Made by a program: the position numbers and the translations under genes. This document shows, piece after piece, positions 1 to 9,567 of a DNA stretch of 64,000 nucleotides. Origin of the DNA: an uncultured Gemmatimonadota bacterium. Its GTDB lineage: Bacteria > JAAXHH01. The stretch covers positions 832,001-896,000 of the forward strand of contig OX638340.1 in the NCBI GenBank assembly GCA_951812955.1, in the 5' to 3' direction. How positions within the stretch are numbered: the stretch's first letter is position 1; the number at the start of each line of letters is the position of its first letter. The notes under the pieces were generated by a model. The model searched no databases, was not told where the DNA came from, and was given only the letters and a program-made list of their open reading frames with translations.

Positions 1-2
1 CC

Positions 3-332
3 CGGATCGATACGGTTCTGCGCGGCGCCCAGGCACTGCACTTTGCCGCAAAGGCGGGATTCACTGGGGTCATGGAAGTGCTGTTGGAAAACGGGGCGCC
101 GGTCGACGGGCAAAATGACGATGGCGAAACCCCCCTGTTCTACGCGCTGAAGGCGGGTCCCAGGGCCGATGTTGTCAAATCCGTGGAACTGCTGTTATCC
201 CATGGCGCAGATCCGAATATTGAAGACAGGCTGGGCAAGACGCCCCTGGGAAATGCCTGCCGGATGAAGCGTCCCGATAAAGCTCGAATCGTCTCGGTGC
301 TCGAAGCGGCTAGTCCTTCCTTACCGGCGTAA
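3..332 (+). CDS. Ankyrin-repeat protein, 5'-partial (gene starts upstream of the window)
   Basis: The frame is open from position 3 and reads ...ALHFAAKAGFTGVMEVLLENGAPVDGQNDDGETPLFYAL...LLLSHGADPNIED..., which is canonical ANK repeats. Stop at 330-332. Confidence 0.75.
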   Translation, partial: RIDTVLRGAQALHFAAKAGFTGVMEVLLENGAPVDGQNDDGETPLFYALKAGPRADVVKSVELLLSHGADPNIEDRLGKTPLGNACRMKRPDKARIVSVLEAASPSLPA

Positions 333-1470
333 TGTCTTTCAAAAACTTAACAAGAGATTTTCGCTCCGCCGTCGGGCCGTGTATTTCAATCCCCACTTCC
401 GCCCATACCAGCGGCGTCGTGCCGTGTTCATCGTCTGTCGCGGCGGGATCGGCGCCGGATTCGACGAGCAACTTCGCGATCTCCCTGTTCCCGCATAGAT
501 GGAGGGGCGTCTGCCCGAAATCCGCACGGGCGTTAGCATCCGCTCCCCAGTCCAGCAGCGCCCGGACCGTATCCTCCCATCCATGCTGAACCGCGGCGTG
601 AAGTGGCGTGCCCACCACGGCGTGGACGCCGATCTTTCCCGAATATGCTGTGACACCCCCATCTCTTTTGTGGACCTGGCGTAGTTCGTCTGTCCTTCCA
701 AGCGCCGCAAGCTGGCACGGGTCGGCCGGCGCGCCGCGCGCAATCAGGAATTCCGCGACCGCGCGGCACCGCTCCCCGCGGGAAAGGGCCGCGCCCAATG
801 GCGTGTTGCCCTCGCTGTCGAGCGTATTCAGGCGCGCTTGGTGGTCGAGAAGCAGCCCGGCCGTTTCGACTGACATGGCCACGTGGAGGGGTGATACTCC
901 GCCTAGGTCAGGGCGGGCCGCCGCTTCAGGATCTTCCGCGAGAATCGCACGAACGGTAGAGACGTCATCTAGCAGGCACGCGGCGTGGATGTCGACCCTG
1001 GCGCCCCGGTCCCGCAATAGAGCGGCGGCCTCAAGGTGTCCCCAGTGTGCGGCCAGGTGCAAGGCGCTCCAACCGCCGTAGGAATCGGCGCCGTGGTTCG
1101 GATCCGCTCCATTCCGCAGCAGCAATTCGATCACCCTCGTATCCCCGCGCTCGGCCGCCAGTTGTATAGGCACGGGACGGCCTCCCCAACGGGGATGGGC
1201 CACCGGTTCATTAACGATACCGGGCTCACGGGAAAGGACTTCTTCGACCTGCTCCGGGTCACCCTGCCAGATGGCGGCTCGCAGTCGTTCCTTCGCCGTC
1301 TCGCCGTTCCGGGCCGTCTGACCGCCGGGTTCAAGGGGAGTGGACATCGGTCTATCCTTCCTTTCTCCATGTTCTGTCATCGAACGGTCGAACGATTCGT
1401 CGATGAATGGGTGTACGTTTACACGATCCAGCGTAGTGGAAAGGCTGGAGGGGAACGGTATTGGGCCCAT
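310..1470 (-). CDS. Ankyrin-repeat protein
   Basis: Multiple 33-aa ANK repeats (GTPLHAAVQHGWEDTVRALLDWGADANA..., GQTPLHLCGNREIAKLLVESGADP). The true start may be an internal Met at about 1380 or 1347. The 3' end overlaps the convergent upstream ANK gene. Confidence 0.8.
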   Translation of the reverse strand: MGPIPFPSSLSTTLDRVNVHPFIDESFDRSMTEHGERKDRPMSTPLEPGGQTARNGETAKERLRAAIWQGDPEQVEEVLSREPGIVNEPVAHPRWGGRPVPIQLAAERGDTRVIELLLRNGADPNHGADSYGGWSALHLAAHWGHLEAAALLRDRGARVDIHAACLLDDVSTVRAILAEDPEAAARPDLGGVSPLHVAMSVETAGLLLDHQARLNTLDSEGNTPLGAALSRGERCRAVAEFLIARGAPADPCQLAALGRTDELRQVHKRDGGVTAYSGKIGVHAVVGTPLHAAVQHGWEDTVRALLDWGADANARADFGQTPLHLCGNREIAKLLVESGADPAATDDEHGTTPLVWAEVGIEIHGPTAERKSLVKFLKDITPVRKD

Positions 1471-1507
1471 GATCTGTCCGTCCGGGTTCCTGCCGGGATA
1501 GGTTTTT

Positions 1508-1600
1508 TCAGGCGACGGCTCTTGTTTTTCGGAGGCGATCCGCGATGGCCGCGAAGAAGGCGTCCATGTCCGCGTGCAGGATCGTACGGGATTGATTCAC
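1508..1600 (-). pseudogene. Remnant of a dinB 5' end (30 codons) carried by an old segmental duplication
   Basis: The minus strand reads (M)NQSRTILHADMDAFFAA then diverges and stops. The DNA at 1541-1600 is about 85% identical to the 5' end of the intact dinB at 12620-12674. Confidence 0.5.
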
Positions 1601-1840
1601 GATGGGCTGGATTGGACTACATCACACAAAAACCGCGTTGCAGGATTGTTAGTCCTGATTATACTGTCTGGCGTGGATTCTTACAAGCGCATCGGGAAAG
1701 CGGATCAGCAAAAATCAGTCTATCGCGCGGGATGTGCGTTGGATGTGCGTTGGAAATTGCGTCGATCCATTTGCGGTGGGACGGTTGAATGTCGTGATAC
1801 CGCGCGGACCCGACTCAACCGCAGCATTGAGGGAGGTAAC

Positions 1841-2452
1841 ATGCCCGGTTATGAGGCACTGAACCAGGCGCTGATCCGTGCCGTGGAAGACGGTGATGTC
1901 GAAAGGGTAAGGGAGGCTGTAAGGCAGGGCGCCGATGCGGCGTGCATTACGCCCGCGCATATTCCTCCCCAGAAGGAAACCGACGAACATTACGAGATTA
2001 TGCGATATCTTTTTGCTAGGGGGACCGATGTCAACTTCGCCGGATTCGAAGAAGGGATACTCATGACCTTCTCGGCATACCGCGGACAGTTGCGTTATCT
2101 TCGCCTCTACCTGGAAGCCGGCGCCGACATCAATCTCGCCCAGCCTATGAACGGCGTTACGGGCCTGCACGTGGCGGTTCAGCACAATCTACTGGAAATC
2201 GTACGATTCTTTCTCGACCATGGCGCCAGGGTCGACCAGGCCTGCCACGATGACGCGCCGACCCCGGATCCCGGTCACGTATACGGAGAAACGGCCCTGC
2301 ATTTCGCCGCGGCGGGCGCCGACAGGGAGATCGTACAAATGCTCCTGGATGCCGGTGCGGACCGGTCCGCTATTTCTTCCCGAGGCGAATCGCCGCTGGA
2401 CTACGCGATGCAGAATAACCGGCCGGAAGACGTGCTTCGGCGGCTCAGGTAG
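1841..2452 (+). CDS. Ankyrin-repeat protein (paralog of 12808..13419)
   Basis: ATG at 1841 is preceded by GGGAGG. The protein is about 75% identical to the 12808 protein. ANK motifs include GVTGLHVAVQHNLLEIVRFFLDHGA and GETALHFAAAGADREIVQMLLDAGAD. The long ORF from 1574 is an N-terminal over-extension. Confidence 0.8.
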   Translation: MPGYEALNQALIRAVEDGDVERVREAVRQGADAACITPAHIPPQKETDEHYEIMRYLFARGTDVNFAGFEEGILMTFSAYRGQLRYLRLYLEAGADINLAQPMNGVTGLHVAVQHNLLEIVRFFLDHGARVDQACHDDAPTPDPGHVYGETALHFAAAGADREIVQMLLDAGADRSAISSRGESPLDYAMQNNRPEDVLRRLR

Positions 2453-2578
2453 GTTGAAAGGGGTAGCAGTAATCCGTTTGAACACGCCCTTAATACGTTG
2501 ACAAAAAGGGCCTAATGCCAGCAAATCATCCTCGCTTCATGCGCTTTTCGCAGGATTTATGCACAATAAAGGTTAACC

Positions 2579-3757
2579 ATGCAACATAGTATCGTTATGA
2601 AAGAAAAGGGACGCTACAACGCGTTTCCTGTATTGACTCAACTTCCGGACGGGCGGTTGACGATCGGCTGTTTCTCTTCGCCTTTCGGGGATCACTACGG
2701 TCTGGCAGACTGGCTGACGTTCGTGTCCTGCAACAACGGACGAACCTGGACGCTGTCGGAAGATCCTTCGTTGCCACCCAACTGGCCCGGTACATCGCCG
2801 CGGGAGCGGTACGACAGACTTTCCGGCATTTTACCCGATGGAACCTTTATGGCTGTGGGCTCGGTGGGACCGGAAATCTGGACACTGGACCGTCGGGAGG
2901 AAGCGGAGGCGCGGGGCCTGAGTTTCGTAGAGGATGAGACGTACACGTCTCTTTTTCCGGGAAAGCTGATCATAAAGGGTTATCGACTGTCGACGGTACG
3001 ATCCCGGGATGAGGGACATTCCTGGGATCGGCGCACCTGGACCGTGCCAGGCTATGAATTTACGGTCGGTTTTCCACGCGGAATTGTACTCGAAGACGGT
3101 ACGTGGTTGTTTCCTGTTTACACAATGCGAGCCGGGGGCGGGGGCGGGGGCGATTGTCTCATATTCCGGTCCAGCGACGACGGAGAGACCTGGCATCTCC
3201 ATGAGGCGGTGCCGCGTATCGGCAGCGAATGGGCACTGGTAGAGACCGAGCCGAACCGTGTCCTGGGCCATATCCGCTCGACGTGTTACTGGGCGCCGGG
3301 TGTTGTTAAGCATACCTATCAGAAGGACCGGTTCTACACCTTGGAAGTCTGGTCCGAAGACGGCGGCAGGACCTGGACCTGCCCGGTAGAGACGTCATTC
3401 GAGGGCTATCCGAACCACCTGCTCAAATTGAGTGACGGACGTATTCTATGTACCTATGGCTATCGCCGAGCCCCGATGGGTATACGGGCCTTGATTAGTG
3501 AGGACGGCGGACGCACCTGGGACACAGACCGCGAATACGTGCTCCGGGATGACGGCGGTGGCTTATCGAATGAGTGGCCTCCGGAAAAGCGTGCCCGGAT
3601 GGGCGGCGCGGACGTGGGCTATCCGATTTCAGCGGAATTGGGTGACGGTACCATGCTGACCGTCTATTACATCACGACGGAAGATGGCATCACCCATGTC
3701 GCTGCCACCCACTGGCATCCTGACCACGATAGACCTACAAGTCCTCGAAGAGGGTAA
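2579..3757 (+). CDS. BNR/Asp-box repeat protein (sialidase/GH33-like beta-propeller)
   Basis: Five S-x-D-x-G-x-T-W Asp-box motifs (SCNNGRTW, SRDEGHSW, SSDDGETW, SEDGGRTW x2). Confidence 0.65.
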   Translation: MQHSIVMKEKGRYNAFPVLTQLPDGRLTIGCFSSPFGDHYGLADWLTFVSCNNGRTWTLSEDPSLPPNWPGTSPRERYDRLSGILPDGTFMAVGSVGPEIWTLDRREEAEARGLSFVEDETYTSLFPGKLIIKGYRLSTVRSRDEGHSWDRRTWTVPGYEFTVGFPRGIVLEDGTWLFPVYTMRAGGGGGGDCLIFRSSDDGETWHLHEAVPRIGSEWALVETEPNRVLGHIRSTCYWAPGVVKHTYQKDRFYTLEVWSEDGGRTWTCPVETSFEGYPNHLLKLSDGRILCTYGYRRAPMGIRALISEDGGRTWDTDREYVLRDDGGGLSNEWPPEKRARMGGADVGYPISAELGDGTMLTVYYITTEDGITHVAATHWHPDHDRPTSPRRG

Positions 3758-3843
3758 GCAATAGTCGCTATTGCGGTGGGTATTACAAGGGCAGATCCTG
3801 CTCCGTACCGCGTCAGGTCCCTTGCCTTCCGCCATCTGTGCGC

Positions 3844-5577
3844 TCAGGAAACGGCACCGGCTTCCCGCAGACGGTCCGCGATGGACGCGTGCCCGTACCG
3901 TTCCGCCCAGGCGAGCGGTGTGGTCCAGGGTTCCCCATCGGGCTGAGGATCGGCACCGTGCTGGAGATACAGTTCGACCAGATCCTCGCGTGCCCAGCGG
4001 GACGCCCAGGCGAGCGGCGTGGAGTGGAGCAGCGTGTCCCTGCCTTCGAGCGTGGCGCCGTGGTCGAGAAACAGGCGGGCGAACTCGATCCGCTCGTCCT
4101 CTCTCAGCACCGGCTCTCCCCAGACCTTGCCCGTTGCCGCGATATGATGAAGGAGGGATGTGTCGCGCCGGCCCTTCACGTTCGGGTCCACCCCGTGGTC
4201 GAGGAACATGCGTACGATATCGGGGAATATGGATCGATCGAAATCACGGTACTGGCGATGGGGACAACAGGGCCAGAGACGAATAGGCTGGATGATCAGA
4301 CCGTACCACCGGGGGTCGTCCAGGGCCCAGTCCAGTTTGCGCAGGCACACGCCCACCACGCTGGGATCACCGCCGCAGGCGGCCCCCCAAAGAATCTCCT
4401 CGACCAGTTCAGGCTTGAGGCTCAGCGCCATGACCGCCGCAGAGGTATCGCATTCCAGGGCCGCACTGTCGGGAGTCATCGAACCGCCGTACCTGTAGAG
4501 CAGACGCTTCATGCGTTCGTCCCTGTTGTTGTAGGCGCGGCTCATGGGATCGCCAGACGCGTAAACGGCGGCGTTAGGATCGGCACCGCGATCCAGAAGC
4601 AGTTGCGCGATGTCGTACATCCCGTCGCCCGCTGCGATCCAAAGCGGTTCGCCCCAGTTGTATGTTTCTTCTTCCAGGGATTGTATTCGGTACCGCTGGT
4701 CCGGGTCCATGCCGAGATCGAGCAGCAGCTTCACCATCTCGTATCGTTTATGACGGACAGCATCACCCAGCAGGTGGGTTTCGGTTTCAATATCCGGTTC
4801 GAACTGGTCCTGGTGACTTTCCGCGATCTGACGTACGGCTTCCAGGTCTCCAAGCATGACACTCGTTCGAAGACTTCGCGGGGCCCCCGCGGTCATCAGG
4901 ATGCCCGCGGCCATGAAACAGCCTTCAGCCCGGCGCCTGTCCGTTGCGACGGTTTGTTCCGCAGCCAGCTCGAGCGGAGTCCGGCCCTCCAGGTTGGTCT
5001 TGCCCGTATCGGCGCTGGCAGTCAGCAGCGCTTGAACGAGACCGGGATAGCCGTGGCTGGCGGCGTGGTGCAGGACCGTGTTTCCGTTCTCGTCGCAGGC
5101 CTCCGCTAGTTCGGGCGTTTCGTGTATATCCCGCATCGCGCCCGCCACATCGCCATCCTCCACTTTTCGGGCGAGCAGAACGACCTCTGGGGAAACGGTC
5201 AGGTTCGGACAGAGGTTCGCCTCGCGTCTCCGCTCCAGTTCTTCATTGATTGTTTCTATGATATCACCGAATCCGCGGTCGCGAGCCATAGCCAGGGGCG
5301 TGGACGCGTCCCTGTGGGGATAGACCCCCTGGTTGGGATCGGCGCCCGCGGCCATGAGTGCGGAAACGGCTTCCGTCTGGCGGTTTACCACCGCGTGATG
5401 CAGGGCACGGTGCTCATCGAAAGAAGCCGTATCCACACCCACCAGGTGGGGTGCGACGGCCAGAATGGTATTAAGGCGTTTCATGTCTCCGGCGGCGGAC
5501 GCCTGGCACAGTTCGGCCACGGTGAAGACGCCGGAGGTCATCCCGTTCGTCATGATTCCTTCTCCTCGATTCGTCAT
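3844..5577 (-). CDS. Ankyrin-repeat protein (577 aa)
   Basis: Many ANK repeats (GNTVLHHAASHGYPGLVQALLTASAD, TPLAWASRWAREDLVELYLQHGADP). There are two in-frame ATG starts, at 5577 and 5553, created by a 24-bp tandem duplication. Confidence 0.85.
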   Translation of the reverse strand: MTNRGEGIMTNGMTSGVFTVAELCQASAAGDMKRLNTILAVAPHLVGVDTASFDEHRALHHAVVNRQTEAVSALMAAGADPNQGVYPHRDASTPLAMARDRGFGDIIETINEELERRREANLCPNLTVSPEVVLLARKVEDGDVAGAMRDIHETPELAEACDENGNTVLHHAASHGYPGLVQALLTASADTGKTNLEGRTPLELAAEQTVATDRRRAEGCFMAAGILMTAGAPRSLRTSVMLGDLEAVRQIAESHQDQFEPDIETETHLLGDAVRHKRYEMVKLLLDLGMDPDQRYRIQSLEEETYNWGEPLWIAAGDGMYDIAQLLLDRGADPNAAVYASGDPMSRAYNNRDERMKRLLYRYGGSMTPDSAALECDTSAAVMALSLKPELVEEILWGAACGGDPSVVGVCLRKLDWALDDPRWYGLIIQPIRLWPCCPHRQYRDFDRSIFPDIVRMFLDHGVDPNVKGRRDTSLLHHIAATGKVWGEPVLREDERIEFARLFLDHGATLEGRDTLLHSTPLAWASRWAREDLVELYLQHGADPQPDGEPWTTPLAWAERYGHASIADRLREAGAVS

Positions 5578-6074
5578 GATTCCTTCTCCTCGTTTGAGTC
5601 GTCGTTACCCGCGACCAGGTGGCCGTACCGATCCACGTAAGTCTTCATGAGATCGTCGTAACGGTCTTCTACGGTGGTCCCGGCCAGATACGGTCCCAGG
5701 TGGTCGATGAAGGCGTGCCAGCCCGCGGCGAAACCCATCAGGATATCCGGGGTAACGTGGGAATTCGTGAATCGCAGCCGTGTGCCGCCTTCACGGGGTC
5801 CAAGCTCCCATCTTAGCACGGAGAGTCCCCAGGTATAGGCGAACACCCGTTCAGGCGCCCATTCACAGACAATGCCCTCCAGGTTCCCTTCTGATTTGAA
5901 ATCCACGAAAAACCGGCCGCCGATCCGGCGCTCCAGCGAGGTCTCATACTTCATCCACGCAGAGATTCCGTCCGCCGTCGTGACGGCATCCCACACCCGG
6001 GAGACCGGATGGGCGTACGTCCGTTCGATTTCTATACAGTATTCCGGCGTTATCCTGGCCAGAGATTCTGCCAT
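5574..6074 (-). CDS. SRPBCC-superfamily protein (AHSA1 / activator of Hsp90 ATPase-like domain)
   Basis: At 166 aa with ...RVWDAVTTADGISAWM..., a pattern typical of the AHSA1/START-like fold. The stop overlaps the start of the downstream ANK gene (ATGA). Confidence 0.5.
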   Translation of the reverse strand: MAESLARITPEYCIEIERTYAHPVSRVWDAVTTADGISAWMKYETSLERRIGGRFFVDFKSEGNLEGIVCEWAPERVFAYTWGLSVLRWELGPREGGTRLRFTNSHVTPDILMGFAAGWHAFIDHLGPYLAGTTVEDRYDDLMKTYVDRYGHLVAGNDDSNEEKES

Positions 6075-6312
6075 CTCGATCTCACTTCTTTAGTGTCCGT
6101 TAGCACGGTTGCCGTTACTAATAGTGGCTGTTTCAACAGCTAACGTTACAAATACTGAAATTGCGGTTGATGCCGCAAAACTCTATCTGCAAGGATCTGC
6201 GATCCGATGCATTTCCGAAACGTTTCGACAGGCGCACGCTGGCGATGCGCATATCGACGTTTGTATTGACAGTACCGCACGGTGGCACTAACCATGTTTT
6301 AACGGTATATTA

Positions 6313-7119
6313 TTGGAGATGAAAATGCGGTTTGACAAGGAAAAACAGTGGATCGGCGCAGTGTACGCCGAAGACCTCGAACTCATGGCCGAAATGTTGG
6401 CGGAGGACCCGTCGCTGGCCGATTTCAAGCATGAAGCCTTCGATGATCCGTACCGCTCGGGACGCTTCCCTGTCGCCACCCTCGTTTTTGCCGTAACCGG
6501 ACCGCCCCAACAGCAGATCGACTGGCGCCAGGTAGAGTGCAGAATCAACTTCGACATGGTCAGGTTGCTGGTCGAAGCAGGCGCCGACCCCAATATCGAC
6601 AACGTGCACGGCCGTCCGCTCTGCACGTGCCGGGACGAGCAAATCGCACAGTACCTGATCGATCACGGCGCCGACATCAACCTGTGGCACGGTAACGGCG
6701 GCGCGCCCGTCTACTTTTCGGTCTGGCAAATCGATCCCGAAAGATTGAAGATGCAGATCCGGCTGGGAGCCGACCCAGGTCAGATCAATCCTCAAAACGG
6801 ATCATCCGCGTTTCATTCAGCCGCGGAAGTGAGACCTGGCGATCACCAGCTACCGGATCACCGCGAGACCATCCGGATTCTCGGCGACGCCGGCCTGGAC
6901 CCCAATCACCGGGCGGGAATAGGCGTACAGTCCGACTGGGGGCCCATCTACCAGGGGGATGCGCCCCTGCACATGGCCGCCCAGTTAAACCGGCCCGAAG
7001 TAATCGAGGCCCTGGTCGCGGCCGGATGTAGCCGGACCCTTACGAATGCCAACAACGAAACGCCGCGAGAAGTGGCAGTTAGAGTCGGTCGCGGTCCGGA
7101 CATTGCCGGGCTTCTTTAA
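6313..7119 (+). CDS. Ankyrin-repeat protein
   Basis: ANK-like repeats (GADPNIDNVHGRPL..., DHGADINLWHGNGGAPV..., GDAPLHMAAQLNRPEVIEALVAAG). The likely ATG start is at 6325, with GGAG 6 nt upstream. Confidence 0.65.
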   Translation: MEMKMRFDKEKQWIGAVYAEDLELMAEMLAEDPSLADFKHEAFDDPYRSGRFPVATLVFAVTGPPQQQIDWRQVECRINFDMVRLLVEAGADPNIDNVHGRPLCTCRDEQIAQYLIDHGADINLWHGNGGAPVYFSVWQIDPERLKMQIRLGADPGQINPQNGSSAFHSAAEVRPGDHQLPDHRETIRILGDAGLDPNHRAGIGVQSDWGPIYQGDAPLHMAAQLNRPEVIEALVAAGCSRTLTNANNETPREVAVRVGRGPDIAGLL

Positions 7120-7151
7120 ACCCGGCGCCGGGAGCGCGTCGTTCCGATGGA

Positions 7152-7382
7152 ATGAAATACCTCGTTGATCGGCATCGGAGGCTTTACGTGAAAATCGAAA
7201 AACTGCACCAGGTCACCGTACTGTCCCGCGACCTGGATGAAACCAGGACTTTTTATGAAGAATCCCTCGGCGCCCGGCTATTGGCCTATTCACAGGTCCG
7301 CCGGGATAGGTCCTGCTGCTGTGTCGGGGCATTCCGATTTTGCCCACTCACTGGTCCAGGTGGGCCAGTATCACAGGATTAA
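7152..7382 (+). CDS. Short ORF with an N-terminal VOC/glyoxalase-like beta-alpha-beta fragment, possibly a gene remnant
   Basis: The motif IEKLHQVTVLSRDLDETRTFYEESLGARLL resembles the first VOC module. The rest is Cys-rich and non-domain-like. Confidence 0.25.
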   Translation: MKYLVDRHRRLYVKIEKLHQVTVLSRDLDETRTFYEESLGARLLAYSQVRRDRSCCCVGAFRFCPLTGPGGPVSQD

Positions 7383-7385
7383 CCC

Positions 7386-8243
7386 ATGTCACTCTTGACA
7401 TTCAAGTTACTCTCCGCCACCGCGATATTAGCCATCGCCGTGATCGGCGGTTTGATTCCCCTTTATTTCGCCCGACATGAATCCAGCAGGCGGTTTTTTT
7501 CGCTGGGAAACGCCTTCGCGGGTGGGCTATTCCTCGGGGTCGGCTTCATTCACCTGCTGCCCGAGGGAATAGAAAAGCTCGAAGGAGTCACGGATTATCC
7601 GCTGGCCGCGCTACTGGCAGCACTCGGTCTCGTAGCCCTGCTACTGATTGATCGAGTAATCTATGGAGATCACCACGGCGCCGACCATGAAGAGAGTACA
7701 TCACAACATTGCATATACCCGTACGTATTGCTTGTCCTGCTATCTATCCATTCCGTCATCGCCGGTATTTCACTCGGCATCGAATCCCACTTGTCCGGCC
7801 TGGTCATCATAATGCTCGGGATTCTCTGTCACAAGGGATCGGCCGCTTTCGCCCTGATGGTCAGCGTTCACAGGGCGGGCATCCCGAAGAACCGCCAGAA
7901 GCCCATGCTGGCAGTCTTTGCCGCCATGACTCCCCTGGGCGTGCTTGCGGGGTTGGCAGGCCACATGGCCCTGGAAGGCAGCGTTATGGTCACTGCCGTA
8001 ATTGAAGGCAGTTTCAACGCCCTCGCCGCGGGCACGTTCATCTACGTCGCGATCATAGACATCATCGACGCGGAACTGTCCAGGCGCAACGTGCGTGTTG
8101 CGAAGTTCGTCATGAGCGTGCTCGCCGGGGAAGACGACCAGCCCATGCCGACGCGGGACCATGACCGCGTTTTCAAGTTCGCCCTGGTTATCCTGGGTAT
8201 CGTATTGATGGCGTTTCTGGTCGAATGGGCACACGCTCACTGA
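7386..8243 (+). CDS. ZIP-family divalent metal (zinc) transporter
   Basis: Multi-pass membrane protein with HLLPEG and HSVIAGISLG motifs plus a His-rich loop (GDHHGADHEE). Confidence 0.7.
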   Translation: MSLLTFKLLSATAILAIAVIGGLIPLYFARHESSRRFFSLGNAFAGGLFLGVGFIHLLPEGIEKLEGVTDYPLAALLAALGLVALLLIDRVIYGDHHGADHEESTSQHCIYPYVLLVLLSIHSVIAGISLGIESHLSGLVIIMLGILCHKGSAAFALMVSVHRAGIPKNRQKPMLAVFAAMTPLGVLAGLAGHMALEGSVMVTAVIEGSFNALAAGTFIYVAIIDIIDAELSRRNVRVAKFVMSVLAGEDDQPMPTRDHDRVFKFALVILGIVLMAFLVEWAHAH

Positions 8244-8366
8244 CCGGCGGCAGGAAACCCACCCAATGCGGCTCTTCCCCGGAACCGCGCTTTCATTTCG
8301 CGGCGAACTGGCCCTAAAACCCCTCGTGATCTCCTATTCGAAAGTCCGCGAACGCTCCCAACTCAC

Positions 8367-9410
8367 TTAACCGATGTACACTTTTTCACCAGTCCGCGCG
8401 CTCTCGTACATCGCATCGAGCAGCTGCATGAACCTGTACGCGTCATCCGCGTTGACGTCGGGAGCTACCCGACCCGCTATAGCTCGTGCGAAATGTTCCA
8501 CCTCGTGGTAGAAGGGCAGTCCCTCGCCCGGTGGTTCTGTATACGGCACGTCGGATTCGTCCTCGATCTGCTGCGCGTTAAAAACGCCATCCTCCCACTG
8601 CCATAGTTGACCGTGCGAATAGGCGCCTTCGCTCCCGTATACCTCCACCACCGTGGGCGTATCGCAGTGCACCCAGCGGGAGCAGTCTATCTGGATCGTC
8701 TTGCCTCCATCGAAACCGGCAAGACCTGAAAAATAGTCTTCGGCCGGACCTTCCGGTCCGTCGTAAAGCGCCTCTACGACGTGCTTGGCGGCAAAGGCCC
8801 ATTTGGGATCCGGACAGCCCATCCACCACCAGGCCAGGTCCAACTCGTGCGATGCATGCTGCCCCAGTGCGCCGCCCTTCTGACCATACACGTGGGTCCA
8901 GCCTTCGGGACTGTCCAAAGGCGCCCTGTGGTTGAATTTCAGGAAGATGCGGGCGTGGTACGGCTCACCGATGCGGCCGCGGCTTAACGCGGTGCGGGTT
9001 CTGCGGTTCACCGGATCGTGACGCATAAAGTAGCAGAACTGCAGCGTCACGCCGGCGCGCTCGGCCGCTTCTTCGATGTCCAGGACCTGCTCGGCGCGGG
9101 TTGCGTGCGGTTTCTGCACGAGTACGTGCTTACCGGCCTCGATGGCATCGAAGACCATGGGATAGCGGGCGGGCGGATTCACGGCCAGGAGCACGGCATC
9201 CACTCCTTTATCGACCAGCAGATCCTGGTAGGGACCGTATCTATTGGGCACTCCCTCCTCACGGGCCACGCGGTTTCGACGTTCCTCACCCAGGTCGCCG
9301 ATCGCGACGACATCCAGGAGTGCGCTAGCCTGGGCCGATCGCACGGCGGCATGGCCGGCCCATCCGCAGCCCACGACACCGAGCCGAATCGCGTTCTCCT
9401 TCTGCATCAC
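8367..9410 (-). CDS. Gfo/Idh/MocA-family oxidoreductase
   Basis: N-terminal Rossmann fold (IRLGVVGCGWAGHAAV...) and the EKP-type motif region (KHVLVQKPHA). Confidence 0.8.
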   Translation of the reverse strand: MMQKENAIRLGVVGCGWAGHAAVRSAQASALLDVVAIGDLGEERRNRVAREEGVPNRYGPYQDLLVDKGVDAVLLAVNPPARYPMVFDAIEAGKHVLVQKPHATRAEQVLDIEEAAERAGVTLQFCYFMRHDPVNRRTRTALSRGRIGEPYHARIFLKFNHRAPLDSPEGWTHVYGQKGGALGQHASHELDLAWWWMGCPDPKWAFAAKHVVEALYDGPEGPAEDYFSGLAGFDGGKTIQIDCSRWVHCDTPTVVEVYGSEGAYSHGQLWQWEDGVFNAQQIEDESDVPYTEPPGEGLPFYHEVEHFARAIAGRVAPDVNADDAYRFMQLLDAMYESARTGEKVYIG

Positions 9411-9567
9411 TGCCTGTTTTCCTGGTTTGGGGATGTCGTTAACTCGATGAACTTCCCGGCATCGCCGGCATCATCTCCACCTGTCTGGATTATGACCTGA
9501 CAGGTATGGAAATCGGTCTGCCGGATCGCCGGGACAGTTGAATGCGCGATTCAGCCGCAGGAAGGAA

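Noticed and set aside
1574-1840. N-terminal extension of the ankyrin ORF back to 1574
   Set aside because: The extension is not conserved in the paralog at 12808 and it overlaps the dinB remnant. The ATG at 1841 has a strong GGGAGG RBS and aligns with the paralog start.
3838-5109. Long antisense ORFs, e.g. 3838-5109(+), 36027-38174(+), 46554-47522(-), 28858-29700(-), 30345-31091(-), 32490-33386(+), 34488-35342(+) and 15163-15654(-)
   Set aside because: They are artefacts of high GC (rare stop codons) and lie antisense to well-supported genes (ANK, sucA, bicupin, rSAM, the paralog pair, SPFH, sucB). Their products are Arg/Pro/Gly-rich and motif-free.
7152-7382. Stand-alone functional VOC protein
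   Set aside because: Only the first beta-alpha-beta module is recognisable before the sequence degenerates into a Cys-rich, low-complexity tail. It is kept only as a low-confidence remnant.
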